DNA of 63,812 nucleotides, the filler included, from the NCBI GenBank assembly GCA_964501035.1. It is 4 parts of 4 records of this genome, joined end to end, with 100 filler letters (N's around TTAATTAATTAA, not from the genome) between each part and the next. Parts side by side here need not be neighbours in the genome. Positions count along the whole stretch, not along the records: positions 17,997 to 35,439 come from CAZCRK010000032.1; positions 35,540 to 52,788 come from CAZCRK010000033.1; 2 more parts are not named here. One strand, 5' to 3'. The notes below the pieces were generated by a model. The model ran no database searches. It had not been told where the DNA came from and saw only the letters and a list, made by a program, of their open reading frames with translations. The position numbers and the translations under genes are program-made. Shown piece after piece: positions 30,225-42,800 of this stretch. Position 1 is the first letter of the stretch. The number at the start of each line of letters is the position of its first letter.

Positions 30225-30892
30225 AGTTTGCTATCACTGTTTTTCCAGGTTCAAATTGTGATCATGATGCATATCATGTTTTAAAACATATTTTGAATAC
30301 ATCTGTTGATTTTGTATGGCATAAAGAAAATGATTTATCAAAATATGATGCAATTTTAGTTCCAGGTGGTTTTTCATATGGTGACTATTTACGTTCTGGG
30401 GCAATTGCCCGATTTTCTCCAATTATGGAATCAGTTATTGCAGAAGCAAATGCAGGTAAACCAGTCATTGGAATTTGTAACGGTTTTCAAATATTAGTTG
30501 AATCTGGACTCTTGCCAGGAGCTCTCATTAACAATAAGTATGTTAAATTTTTAAGCCAAAATGTTACTCTTCAAGTTGAAACAACGCATTCAATTTTTAC
30601 ACAAAATTTAAGTAAAGGTCAACATTTAACGATGCCAATTGCTCATAGACAGGGTAATTACATGGCAAGTGATGATATGTTAAAACAACTTCAAGACAAT
30701 GACCAAATTGCCTTTACGTATGCTCCAGTAAATGGAGGTAACCCCAATGGATCAATGTTGGATATTGCTGGCATTATGAATGAGAAGAAAAATGTTCTAG
30801 GAATGATGCCACACCCTGAACGTGCCGCAGAAAACATACTTGATTCAATGGATGGATTAGGAATATTTGAATCTATGCTAGGTGCTGCTTAA
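30221..30892 (+). CDS. purQ: FGAM synthase glutaminase subunit PurQ
   Basis: FPGSNCD, GGFSYGDYLRSG, GICNGFQ, MMPHPER. Confidence 0.96.
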   Translation: MKFAITVFPGSNCDHDAYHVLKHILNTSVDFVWHKENDLSKYDAILVPGGFSYGDYLRSGAIARFSPIMESVIAEANAGKPVIGICNGFQILVESGLLPGALINNKYVKFLSQNVTLQVETTHSIFTQNLSKGQHLTMPIAHRQGNYMASDDMLKQLQDNDQIAFTYAPVNGGNPNGSMLDIAGIMNEKKNVLGMMPHPERAAENILDSMDGLGIFESMLGAA

Positions 30893-31164
30893 TGCGGCAA
30901 ACTGGCAAACGGTCTATTTGGTTTGTGTTGGTTATTGTTATACTTGGAGCAGCAATTGCTACAGGATTAAGTCAATTCATTGGTCTTGTTATTCCCGAAG
31001 GAGTTGTGAGAGAATTTTTCTTGACAACCTTACCACTCGGTTGGGATCCATTTACACTGAATTTACAAATCATCACATTTACCATTGGGTTTGCGATAGA
31101 TGTTTCAGTAGTAAGTTTATTGGGTATGGCAATTGCCTGGTACTTTTTACGATATTTCAAATAA
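30892..31164 (+). CDS. Small membrane protein (DUF4321-like)
   Basis: Two hydrophobic segments; coupled to the purQ stop. Confidence 0.6.
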   Translation: MRQTGKRSIWFVLVIVILGAAIATGLSQFIGLVIPEGVVREFFLTTLPLGWDPFTLNLQIITFTIGFAIDVSVVSLLGMAIAWYFLRYFK

Positions 31165-31183
31165 GTTCCTTACTAAATAAAAA

Positions 31184-31801
31184 TTGACTCTCCAATTTAA
31201 AGAGATAAAAACAAGTGATAATCCTGTCCGAGCTGTGATTGGTATTCATGGCTGGAAAGGCAATAAAAGTAGTTTTTTACCTATTGTCAAATCTGCAAAG
31301 TTACCCGATACACACTGGTTTTTACCCGAAGCTCCCTATGATGTGGATTTAAGTCCAAACGAAAAATCATGGTCATTTGAAATTACTCCTGGTAACTGGG
31401 AAGTAGATGAACCAACTCAACTACTCCATTCATTTATTAAGGATAAAGTCCTTAGACACTATAATCCGAAAAATGTTTATGTGATGGGATTTTCTCAAGG
31501 AGCATTAGTCTGTTTTGAGTTTATTTTGAAATTAGATATTATATTTGGTGGGGTGTTTCCTGTTGCTGGATTCATGCGAGACCCCAAAGCAAATGAAGTT
31601 AAAATCCATCCCGATCAATTGAATACACCAATTTTAATTGGACATGGAAAAAAAGATAATACAGTGCCAGCAAAAGCATCAGAATTAGCGTATGAAGTTT
31701 TGAAAGAACAAAAAGCAAATGTAGATTTATTTTTGTTTAATGGTGGTCATAAAATGGATTTACAGTTTATTCGAAGGTTTAGAGAAAGTATTTTAAAATA
31801 A
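31184..31801 (+). CDS. Phospholipase/carboxylesterase (alpha/beta hydrolase)
   Basis: GFSQG nucleophile elbow, HGKKDNTVP, GGH. Confidence 0.85.
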   Translation: MTLQFKEIKTSDNPVRAVIGIHGWKGNKSSFLPIVKSAKLPDTHWFLPEAPYDVDLSPNEKSWSFEITPGNWEVDEPTQLLHSFIKDKVLRHYNPKNVYVMGFSQGALVCFEFILKLDIIFGGVFPVAGFMRDPKANEVKIHPDQLNTPILIGHGKKDNTVPAKASELAYEVLKEQKANVDLFLFNGGHKMDLQFIRRFRESILK

Positions 31802-31819
31802 ATTTCTAATTGTTTCAAA

Positions 31820-32200
31820 TTAAAATGTGCGTCCAATTTTTAGTAATTCAAAATCCCAAATCATTTTTGATTCACTATCATATGCACCTTCTAAATATAA
31901 ATCTTGTGCCTTAAAGTACCGACCAGCAAACAAACTGGTTCCCCAATACCATCCCATTTTACTAAAGATTCGATATCCAATTCCGAAAGTCATGCCAAAT
32001 TTATTATCTGTTTGTACTTTATGTGAGTTATAATCATAACCATGTAAATACGAATATCTTAATCCACCCATTATATAAAATCCCTTTCGGTATTTCCCTA
32101 AAAATTGACGATATTGTGCATCTCCTAAATCTAGGACATAATATAACACTTTTATTATTTTAACAATTAAGTATAACTTCGAGAGTGAATCCAATACCAA
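31820..32200 (-). pseudogene. Probable 5'-truncated outer-membrane beta-barrel gene remnant
   Basis: Amphipathic beta strands (GFYIMGGLRY, FGIGYRIF, WYWGTSLFAGRY) with terminal Phe; no signal peptide; 5' end overlaps the divergent gene. Confidence 0.4.
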
Positions 32201-33777
32201 AACATAAAAATGATTACGATGTTATTATAATAGGGTCAGGATTTGGCGGGTCTGTGTCTGCACTTCGTTTGGCAGAAAAGGGGTATAAAGTTCTTGTGCT
32301 TGAAAAAGGCAAACGATTCACACATACTGACTTCCCAAAAACAAATTGGAATACCCCAAAATATCTTTGGTTTCCCAAACTGTTTATGACGGGGTTTCAA
32401 TGCATGACATTTTTGAAGCATGTATTTATTTTACATGGATCCGGTGTTGGAGGTGGTAGTTTAGGTTATGCAAATACGCATTTAGTTCCATCTGATAATG
32501 CATTTGAAAATAATGGTTGGCCTGATAATTCCTGGAAATCAAAACTGATCCCATTTTATTCATTAGCCAAAAAAATGTTAGGAACTACACCTGCTCCAGT
32601 TAAAAGTGAAACTGACCAATTCTTAGAAAACTATGCCAAAGACCATAATTGTGTGGACTCACTGTCTCAAGTGGATGTGGGAATTTACTTTGGTGAATCA
32701 GGAAAAGAAAGCAAGGACCCATATTTCGACGGGAAAGGACCACATAGGGTAGGGTGTACGTTTTGCGGTGGATGTATGGTTGGATGTCGATACAATGCAA
32801 AAAACTCTCTTGATAAAAATTATTTATTTTTAGCTGAACAATTAGGTGTGGTTATTAAACCCAAGTCCGAAGTAACCCAAATTAATCCAATTGAGGGAGG
32901 GTATTCAGTTTCCGTTAAAAACCCAATTGGATATTTTAGAAAATCAAGGTCAATTACCGCACAAAAAGTAATTTGTTCTGGTGGAGTCATGGGGACAATT
33001 AAACTTTTATTTTCCTGTAAATTAAATGGAAGTTTAGTGAATTTATCAGATAAACTGGGTGATGTTGTGAGAACTAATTCTGAGGCAATTATTGGAGTAA
33101 AATCAAAACAATTACCATCTAAAGATTTTTCAAAAGGGATTGCAATTTCTGCATTATTTCACCCAGATAAAGATACGTGTATTGAAACCGTTAGATATGG
33201 AGAAGGACAAAATGCAATGGGGTTATTAACCACACATATTGTTAATAGAAATTCTCCATTTCCTAATCTGTTAAAATGGATATTCATGTGTGTTCAACAT
33301 CCGTTACAAACCTTGGGAAATTTCTTTCCCCGAAAATGGTCTCAAAAATCAGTCATTTTGCTTGTTATGCAACCCATAAAAAATCACATCAAGTTAAAAT
33401 TTCAAAGGAAATGGTGGAAGTTGGGTCGTAAATCAATGAGCAGTTCATTAAGTGATGGCCAACCCATACCATCTCATATCCCCGTTGGTGAAAAAGTGGC
33501 TGAACATATTGCAAAACAAATAAATGGAACTTCACTAACATCCTATATGGACACGTTAATGGACATCCCCACAACTGCCCATATTTTAGGGGGTGCAGTT
33601 ATTTCAGATTCGGTGGAAAATGGTGTTATAAATGAGCAATGCGAAGTGTATAACTATCCTGGGTTATACGTAATCGATGGTTCATCTGTCCCCGCTAATT
33701 TGGGGGTGAACCCCAGCTTGACTATTACTGCTTTAGCCGAGTATGCCATGAGCAAATTTCCAGAGAAAGAGGACTAA
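32185..33777 (+). CDS. GMC oxidoreductase, cholesterol oxidase (ChoD)-like
   Basis: GSGFGG, GVGGGS, CxxCGGCMVGC, HILGG, GVNPSLTITALAE. Confidence 0.88.
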   Translation: MNPIPKHKNDYDVIIIGSGFGGSVSALRLAEKGYKVLVLEKGKRFTHTDFPKTNWNTPKYLWFPKLFMTGFQCMTFLKHVFILHGSGVGGGSLGYANTHLVPSDNAFENNGWPDNSWKSKLIPFYSLAKKMLGTTPAPVKSETDQFLENYAKDHNCVDSLSQVDVGIYFGESGKESKDPYFDGKGPHRVGCTFCGGCMVGCRYNAKNSLDKNYLFLAEQLGVVIKPKSEVTQINPIEGGYSVSVKNPIGYFRKSRSITAQKVICSGGVMGTIKLLFSCKLNGSLVNLSDKLGDVVRTNSEAIIGVKSKQLPSKDFSKGIAISALFHPDKDTCIETVRYGEGQNAMGLLTTHIVNRNSPFPNLLKWIFMCVQHPLQTLGNFFPRKWSQKSVILLVMQPIKNHIKLKFQRKWWKLGRKSMSSSLSDGQPIPSHIPVGEKVAEHIAKQINGTSLTSYMDTLMDIPTTAHILGGAVISDSVENGVINEQCEVYNYPGLYVIDGSSVPANLGVNPSLTITALAEYAMSKFPEKED

Positions 33778-35250
33778 ATGAGTTGTAGATTGCAAAAAAA
33801 TCATATTGAAGTGTTTAATCCCGCGACGGGTAAAGAGATAGAAACAATCCAAATTACCCCATTTGAAGATGTTGAAACAATTCTTGAAAAAGCAAAACAG
33901 CATACGCAATGGGGTGCATTATCCGTTAAAGAACGAGGCAAAGTAATCAAAAAGTTTCAAACTGTAGTTACGCAAGAGATGGATAATTTCATTGATATCA
34001 TTTGTGCTGAAACGGGTAAAAAATCATCTGAGGGATTGTTGGAAATATTTACCTCACTTGAACATATAAAAGAATCCATTAAAATAGCTCGACGGACATT
34101 GAAGAAAGAGAAACGACGAGTTGGACTTATGAAAACCAAAAAGGCATGGGTACAATATGAACCTATGGGAGTAGCAGGTATAATCTCACCGTGGAATTAT
34201 CCACTAATTTTAACATTGACGCCTGTTGTTGAAGCATTGCTTGCTGGAAATACGGTTGTTTTGAAACCATCTGAACAAACACCCCTTACTACAGTATTGC
34301 TGAAAAAGGTCTGGGATGATTCTACGAATATGCCGGATGTATTTCAAGTTGTCTATGGTGGCGGTGATGTGGGAAATCAATTGGTAGTGTCAGACAATAC
34401 GGATATTATTTGTTTCACAGGCAGTACGGTTATTGGACGTAAAATTGCAGAAGCATGTGCACCTCTGTTCAAACCTGTTATTTTAGAACTGGGCGGGAAA
34501 GACCCACTTATCGTTTTAGAAGATGCCAATATAGAACGTACGGTAAATGCGGTACTTTGGGGGGGATTCAGTAATGCTGGACAAACCTGCACTTCGGTAG
34601 AGCGTGTATTTGTACATGCTTGTATTTTTGATTCCTTTTTAGATCAGTTATCACATAAGATAAAAGAAATAAAATCTGGAAGTGATGTTAATAGTCAGGT
34701 CGGTGCAATTTCGGTTGAAGCTGGAATTAGTAAAATTAATGATCAAATAAGTGCGGTCAAAAATTTATGTACCATTATTGAAGGTGAAAGTGAAGACAAT
34801 ACATGGTTTATTCCACCTACAATTGTGGTGAATCCTCCGTTAGATGCGGATATTTCAAAAGAGGAGACATTTGGCCCCGTTTTAACTATCACATCATTTA
34901 CATCCGATGAAGATGTTATTGAAAAAGCAAATAACACAGGATATGGTCTCAGTGCTTCGGTGTTTGGTAAGAATACGTCTCACCTACATTCAATTGTGAA
35001 TAAACTTAGAGCAGGATCGATAGCAATAAATGACGTTATGACCCAATATGGAATTGCAGATTTACCCTTTGGCGGAATTGGTTTGAGCGGGTTAGGTCGA
35101 GTACATGGTCCCGAAGGGCTCAAGGCATTTAGTCATCTAAAATCTGTCATGGATACTAGGATTTCTCAAAAATCGGAAATTTGGTGGTTTGAAAAGCGAC
35201 AAAAAGCCGAAAAATGGTTAAAAATTGCCATAAAACGTTTATTTATCTGA
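33778..35250 (+). CDS. Aldehyde dehydrogenase
   Basis: PWNYP, FTGS, LELGGKD, NAGQTC, EETFGP. Confidence 0.93.
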   Translation: MSCRLQKNHIEVFNPATGKEIETIQITPFEDVETILEKAKQHTQWGALSVKERGKVIKKFQTVVTQEMDNFIDIICAETGKKSSEGLLEIFTSLEHIKESIKIARRTLKKEKRRVGLMKTKKAWVQYEPMGVAGIISPWNYPLILTLTPVVEALLAGNTVVLKPSEQTPLTTVLLKKVWDDSTNMPDVFQVVYGGGDVGNQLVVSDNTDIICFTGSTVIGRKIAEACAPLFKPVILELGGKDPLIVLEDANIERTVNAVLWGGFSNAGQTCTSVERVFVHACIFDSFLDQLSHKIKEIKSGSDVNSQVGAISVEAGISKINDQISAVKNLCTIIEGESEDNTWFIPPTIVVNPPLDADISKEETFGPVLTITSFTSDEDVIEKANNTGYGLSASVFGKNTSHLHSIVNKLRAGSIAINDVMTQYGIADLPFGGIGLSGLGRVHGPEGLKAFSHLKSVMDTRISQKSEIWWFEKRQKAEKWLKIAIKRLFI

Positions 35251-35439
35251 AATTATTTATTAATATAAATCACTAATAAACATACACTTAATATAGTTTT
35301 AGTAAAATTTTACTTAAAGTAATACATTAAATGCTTGTACGCATTTATTTAAGTTTTGTAAAATATGCACGATTATGGGTTCATCAAGGCCAAAGTTTGA
35401 ACCTCATTTTATAATCATGGGAAAAACTTTGTAACTCGT

Positions 35440-35539
35440 NNNNNNNNNNNNNNNNNNNNNNNNNNNNNNNNNNNNNNNNNNNNTTAATTAATTAANNNNN
35501 NNNNNNNNNNNNNNNNNNNNNNNNNNNNNNNNNNNNNNN
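35440..35539. other. Artificial contig-join linker
   Basis: Ns flanking TTAATTAATTAA. Confidence 0.95.
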
Positions 35540-36801
35540 ATAACTCAAATTATGACGAATGGGCTGAAGCAGATACAATTTATTCTTATGATACTACTTA
35601 CTGGAACGGAAATAATTGGGAATTCCAGTATGATTCGCTTTATTGGAACGGAGAAAATTGGGATATACCGGATAGTGTTTTAATTGAGGAACCAGATTCA
35701 GAAGGAATACTATTTTGTCAAGATGAAGATTGGATGTTTAAAGTTAATGAAAAATCTATTAAATTATCAAATTATGTCCAATTACAATTTCCTGTTGGAA
35801 AACGAACTAAAATTTCGAGTGGGTTTAGAGCAGATTATTTTGATGTAACTGATGAAATAGTTTTTTCACCTCGATTTAACTGGGAATTTAAAATAAACCA
35901 GGTTACGACCATCCATGGTGGTGCAGGACGTCATTATCAGTATCCAAATTATATAATCTTGTATGTTGATAATGAAGGAAGAAATAAGAATATGAAAGCC
36001 AAGTATTCAGATCAAGCTGTAATTGGTATAGAATATTTGTTTGCATATGATTTTAAAGGATCCATTGAAACATTTTATAAAGAATATGGCAATATTCCAT
36101 CTAAATATTATTGGACGTACACTCCCGATGAAAATGATGTTGAATTAAGCCATAGAAATCATTGGCTAACTGAAGGTGAAGCACGAAGTTATGGTATTGA
36201 GTTTTTCTTACAGAAAAAACTAACCAATAATTGGCATTGGCTTATGAGTTATGCATGGAGTAAAAGTCAAACCAAAAATGTCCAAAATGCATTTAACAAT
36301 ACACATTCAATTCATGACAATTCTATGGCAAATATATGGATTGATTCCGAGTATGATTTTGGACATCAATTGACACTTATTGCAGGCTGGAAATCTCGTT
36401 TATGGGAAAAACAGTGGTATAGGGACATTCGAGATAAGTGGTGGTTAAATGTACTTGGTCCTTTAAATCCATTAGCTGATGAAATTGAAATAACTATACG
36501 TTATGCATACATGGGTGGAAAACCATATACAAAAAAAACATACCACCCCGAGTTATTTGATTGGACGGTTGATGAGGGAGCAGATTGGAATGCTTCCCGT
36601 TACGATTCATATAAGCGATTTGATATTATGCTTTTACAAAGATATCATTTTGAAACATTTAACATTGTTACATTTATTGATTTTATCAATATTTTTGATA
36701 GAAATAATATTTGGGATTTATCCTATAATCAAAATGGGACAAAAGAAGCAATATATCAGTATAAAACAATGCCTATTGGTGGTGTAACTCTCGAGTTTTA
36801 A
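35540..36801 (+). CDS. TonB-dependent receptor, C-terminal barrel portion (5'-truncated at contig start)
   Basis: GFRADYF, FSPR, YGIEFFLQK, DFINIFDRNN, C-terminal GVTLEF. Confidence 0.82.
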
Positions 36802-36894
36802 AAGTCCTAATTATTAGTTTGAAAAAAATATCAATTTTGTGATGAGTTCATTTTGATATAATCCAAAGGGTAATGCAAATTATCCTTTGGTATA

Positions 36895-39800
36895 ATGGCA
36901 ACTATTTACACACAACTAACTAAAAAATTAACAAATAGATGGGTTTACTTTCTATTTGGTGTATTTTCATCACTTGTTTTTGCTACATCTCCAGGAGATA
37001 TTGTGTTTACTGAATTTTTCGGTCGTTCTGAAGGTGAACTTCCGGATTACATTGAAGTATTTAACACTACAGAAAATGATGTAAATCTTCAAAATTGGAT
37101 GTTTAGAGTAAGCCACACTGCACAATTTCAAATTCAATCATCATTCATAATCTCTGCAAAATCGTATGCATTTTTCATCGGTGAATTTGGTTATTTTTCA
37201 GATAGTGAAGGTCTAATTTATCTCCCAGAAAATGACCCTCGAAGAGATGAATCCCATGATGAATATTTAGAAGGATTTGAATCTGCAGAAGTTTTAGAAA
37301 ATGCCTATTGGTTAAACTTTTCTAATTTAAGTCATGCATCTGCGATTATTGAGTTACAAGATGTTGAATCTCAAGTTATTGACAGAATAGAATATGAAGG
37401 AGCCAACGGTGAAGATTGTACTGATTTCTGCACTGAACGGGGCTATTCAACTGAATTTAAATTAAATCCAAGCATAGAGAATAGCGTTGAATTAAATGAT
37501 GATGGAACTAACTGGGGAATTAGTGAACATCAAGCAGATATTTTATTTAATAATAGTCCACTTGTGGAAGATGGTGATTTCGGAGAGCAAGAATTTGGTT
37601 CACCTGGTTATGCAAACCATACTCCAATTAATTTGAATATATTTAGCGGTACCGAAGACGGTTTTACAATTCAATGGGAAAATGCTCATACCGAAGCAGA
37701 TGTAATTCAGTTTCGTGTGTATAGAGATGGAAATGAAATATTTACCCAAGATGTTTCACAAGAAATGTATTCTGATAACGGGTTGATAAATGGAGTGTTG
37801 TATGAATATGCAGTATCCGCTCAAAATACAGAAGAATCTGCATTGTCTAATTCTATTTTTGTTTCCATTCCGACTGCAGACGCTGGCAATGATATTCAAG
37901 TTAATATAACTCATGATGGTGATCCGCTTACAGTTACCTCTGATAATTTTTCTTTAAATGGGAATAGTAGTTCTGATTTAGATGGAGATGCGTTAACATA
38001 TCAGTGGAAGTATGACGAAAATATAATTGGAAATAATTCAATTTATTCTGGAACACTTGATGGGGCAGGTACGCATACAATTGTACTTAATGTTTCTGAT
38101 ATGTACGGTTCCAATCATAGTGATGAGGTTGATGTAATAGTATTGGAAGAGCCAAATGGAACCCCCATATCAAATGCTGGAAATGACATCCAGGCAAGCA
38201 TTCCTCATGATGGTGACCCAGAAACCGTGGATTCAGAAGAATTTATTTTGAGTGGGGAAAATAGTTCTGACCCTGAAGATGATACACTCGAGTATGAATG
38301 GTTTTTTGATGGTGAGTCAATTAGTCTTAACCAAATTTACACTGGCACATTATCTGGAGTGGGTGATTACATTTTTACTTTGGTTGTTACTGATCCCTAT
38401 GGGGCATCAAATAGTGATGAAGTTATTGTAACTGTTCTTGAAGAAAGCAATACGGAGCCTATTGCAAATGCAGGGGATGATTTATCGGTTCAAATTCCCC
38501 ATGACAGCGACCCATTAACAATAACTTCTGAAAATTTTACTCTAAATGGAGAGCTTAGTATTGACCCTGATGGAGATGGTTTAATCTATGAGTGGTATTA
38601 TGATAATGAATTAGTTAGTAATGAAATATCCCTTACGGATTCTTTAGAAGGAAGTGGTGATTATACTTTTACACTCATTGTAACTGACCCCTTTGGTGGA
38701 AGCAATTCAGATGATATTGTCATCACCGTATTAGATGAGCCAAATGAAACTCCACAAGTCGATGCAGGTACTCTTCAATCAGTATCAGAAGGTGCTACTG
38801 TTCAATTAAATGGTGAAGTTTTAGACGATGATAGTATTGATGTACTAATAATTGAATGGACGTCAGACTATGGAGGCTTAGAATATAATGATAATTCAAT
38901 TTTAAACCCTATATTTATAGCTCCAGATGTATTAATGGATGATGAAGTTCTCGATATTACATGTATGCTTACTGTAACTGACCCGTATGGGATTTCAAAT
39001 TCTGATGTGGTAGTAATTTCTGTAACTAATATAAATCAACCCCCTGAAGTTACAGGACAAGTTAATATTTCAATCGCTGAGGATGGAAATAGAGAAATTA
39101 CATTAGATGATTTAACTATTGTTGATGAAGATAGTAATCCTGAGGATTTTGTATTAACACTAATGGATGGAGAAAATTACTCACTTGCTGAAGATATGGT
39201 GATACCTGCATCCAATTATTTTGGCTCTTTGATAGTTCCTCTTGTTGTAAGTGATGGTTCAAACTCTAGTGAAATATTTGGTTTAGATATATTAGTGTTT
39301 CCTGTAAATGATGCACCAATTATTGTATCTGTACCTGATACTGAAGCTACAGAAGATATTGAGTGGACCCATCAGTTGGTAGTAGAAGATGTGGATGATA
39401 CAGAATTTTTGTATGAACTTATACAGGGTCCAGTAGATTTTGTAGTTACTGAAACTGGTTTGTTAAGTTGGACGCCAACTGAAGGTATTACAACATCAGG
39501 AGAAGTTATAGTTTTAGCTAAAGATGGGGGAGAAAATGGAGCCTCCCCTGATACATTAGAATTTGAAATATCTGTAGTTCAAGTGAATGATGCACCAATT
39601 GCACAAAGTCAAGTTGTTGAGACACCCTTAAACACTTCGATTGATATAATTTTATTTGGTGAAGATGTAGAGAATGATAATCTCACATTTCATATCCAGC
39701 AATTAACAGAAAATGGGATCATTTTAGGAAGTCCTCCCAATATTACTTATTCTCCTGATACCGATTTTATATGCAATGACACAATAAAATATTACATTGT

Positions 39801-42800
39801 GGACGATGGACTTACTAATGGACAACTAGACCCACAACAAAGTGAATTAGCTGAAGTAGTTATAGTGGTTGGAAACTGTAATAATATTCAACCAGAGATT
39901 GTAAGTACTGAAAATTTAAATGTTGATGAAGATTCATCCATTTTGTTAGAATTATCTCATATAACCGTAGTTGATGAGGATAATAATTGGCCTGATGATT
40001 TTACACTTGTTATCAATGAGGGTGAAAATTATTCCGTTGTCGAGAATACAGTGTATCCAGATGAAAACTATAACGGATTATTGTTAATTGAAATTCAGGT
40101 AGATGATGGCCAACCTATTAATAGTTTAAGTGAATCGGTGTTTTTATCATTAACTGTAACACCAATTAATGATGCTCCAATTATTGAAGAAATTGAAAAC
40201 CAAGAAATAAATGAAGATGAAGATTTTACATGGGTAATTGAAGCATTTGATATAGATGAAGATGAATTAGAATATTCAGTTGAAACAGATGAAAGCTCAA
40301 CATTAAATATTGTAGAAAATGTGTTAACACTTACTCCATTGATTGATTGGAATGGAGAAATTCAAGTTTCAATTACAGTAAGTGATAGCGAGTTGACAGA
40401 CGAAGCTTTGTTTACATTAACAGTAAATCCACAAAATGATGCACCAGTTATCGAAGGACAAGTTGAGTTAAGTATTTTAGAGGATAATACACTCAGTTTG
40501 AATTTATTAAATCTTGATGTAAATGACGTAGATAACGTGTTTCCAAACGAACATGATTTATTAGTATTAGAAGGTGATAATTATTCATTCAGTGATTTAG
40601 ATATTACACCAGATTTGAACTATTTTGGTGATCTTGTTGTAAATGTATTGGTCGACGATAATGAAAATGAAAATAATGAAAGCGAGATTTACTCGTTGTC
40701 GATTGATGTAACTGCAGTAAATGATCCTCCAATTTTGACTGAAATTGAAGATCAAACATCATTTGAAGATATTCCATTTGAATATGTTTTAGAAGCGCAA
40801 GATGTTGATAATGTTAATTTGGAGTTTTCTGGTGGGGTAGATGGAAATGCCCTTTTTGAAATTGATGATCAGCTATTACGAATAACACCAAATCAAGATT
40901 TTACAGGAGATATACTTGTTTCAATAACAGTCACTGATTCTGAATTTGAAGATTCAGATGAGTTTGTTTTAACAATATTAGAAGGAAATGACCCACCAGT
41001 TTTAGCACCAATAATTGATGCAAATATTGATGAGGATACANNNNNNNNNNNNNNNNNNNNNNNNNNNNNNNNNNNNNNNNNNNNNNNNNNNNNNNNNNNN
41101 NNNNNNNNNNNNNNNNNNNNNNNNNNNNNNNNNNNNNNNNATATGGCGAGTGAGTCATTTACTTTAACTGTTTTAGCTCAAAATGACCCACCAGTTTTAG
41201 CACCAATAATTGATGCAAATATTGATGAGGATACATTTTATGAAGTTGAGTTGTCTGCTACTGACCCTGACTCGGAAGATTTAATTTTTTCTGCTGGAAT
41301 AGATGGAAATGCAAATGCATATGTTGAAGGGACACTTCTTTCCGTCTACCCAGATGAAAATTTCCACGGTGATATAATTGTATCCGTTGTAGTTTCAGAT
41401 GGATTTTTAGAAGATTCTCAAGAGTTTACATTAATCGTTAATTCTATCAATGACCCTCCAGTACTTGAATCAACTAGCAATCAAACTATTGATGAAGACC
41501 ATACATATTCCCAACTAATTATTGTTGAAGATCCAGATACAGAAAATTTAAATATTTCTGGTGGGGTTGATGGTAATTCAACATTTTCAATTAGTGAAAA
41601 TATTTTATTAATTACACCTGATGAAAACTGGTACGGTGATATTTTAGTTAACTTAAGTGTCTCTGATGGAGAATTTATAGATCAAGATGATTTTGTTATT
41701 ACAGTCATTCCCGTTAATGATGCACCGATTATAGACATAATTGAGGATCAAAGTATTTTCGAAGACTCAACATTCGAGTATGAACTTTCAGTAAACGATG
41801 TAGATGGTGATGAAATTGTATTTACAGCGTTTGTAGATGGAAATGCAACACCAATAGTGAATGGCGACTCTCTATTTGTATATCCAGATGAAAATTATTT
41901 TGGAGATATCCTTGTTACAATTTATGCAGATGATGAACAAGAAAGAGATATGGCGAGTGAGTCATTTACTTTAACTGTTTTAGCTCAAAATGACCCACCA
42001 GTATTAGATACTATTGAAAATCAATCAATTGATGAGGATACAGTATTGAATCAAGTTTTTTCTGCATTTGATGAAGAGGACGATCCATTAGAGTTTAGTG
42101 TGAATATACTTGATGGTAATGCAATCGCAGAAGTTGAAGAAAATATGGCAATTTTTACACCAAGCCTAGATTGGAATGGTTTAGTTGAAATTGAAGTCAT
42201 TGTAAATGATGGTTTATCTTCAGATACAACCTACTTTACACTAACGGTTATTCCTGTGAATGACTACCCAATTTTCACTCTATCAGAATATGATATTACC
42301 GTTAATGAAGATGATTCAGAATTAGTTAACAATGTTACAATTGTTGATTATATACCAAGTGATGAGATAAATCAAGAAGTACATTATTCATTAACACCAG
42401 ATGAATCAGATTTACTTGACATTGAGTTTAATCAAGCAACAGGAGAATGTAATATTTCATTAATTCCAAATGCTAATGGAGCTGAAATGTTTACTATTAC
42501 AGCAGATGATGGACAAGATGAAAATAATATGTATTCTCAAGAGTTTATGTTGACAATTTATAGTGTTAATGATGCCCCTGAATTAATTTCTTTTGAATTA
42601 GCAAATGGATTAACATCTGTTCAAGAAGATTCTCTTTCGGTAGAACTTGAAGTCTCATATTTCGATATTGATTCAGATCCAATATTAAATGAATTACCAT
42701 TTGATTTAAATGAATTAAATTGGAGTTATTTTTCTGATCATGAAACAGCTTTAACTTTAAATTCGGGTGGAATATTTACTATAGATAGTTTGAAGTCAAA

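Noticed and set aside
35335..35439. Promoter-like TTGTAC/TAAAAT and GGTTCA...TGAACC hairpin as a possible ncRNA or leader of the TonB-dependent receptor
   Set aside because: Cut by the contig end; the receptor lies across an artificial linker, and no RNA family is recognisable
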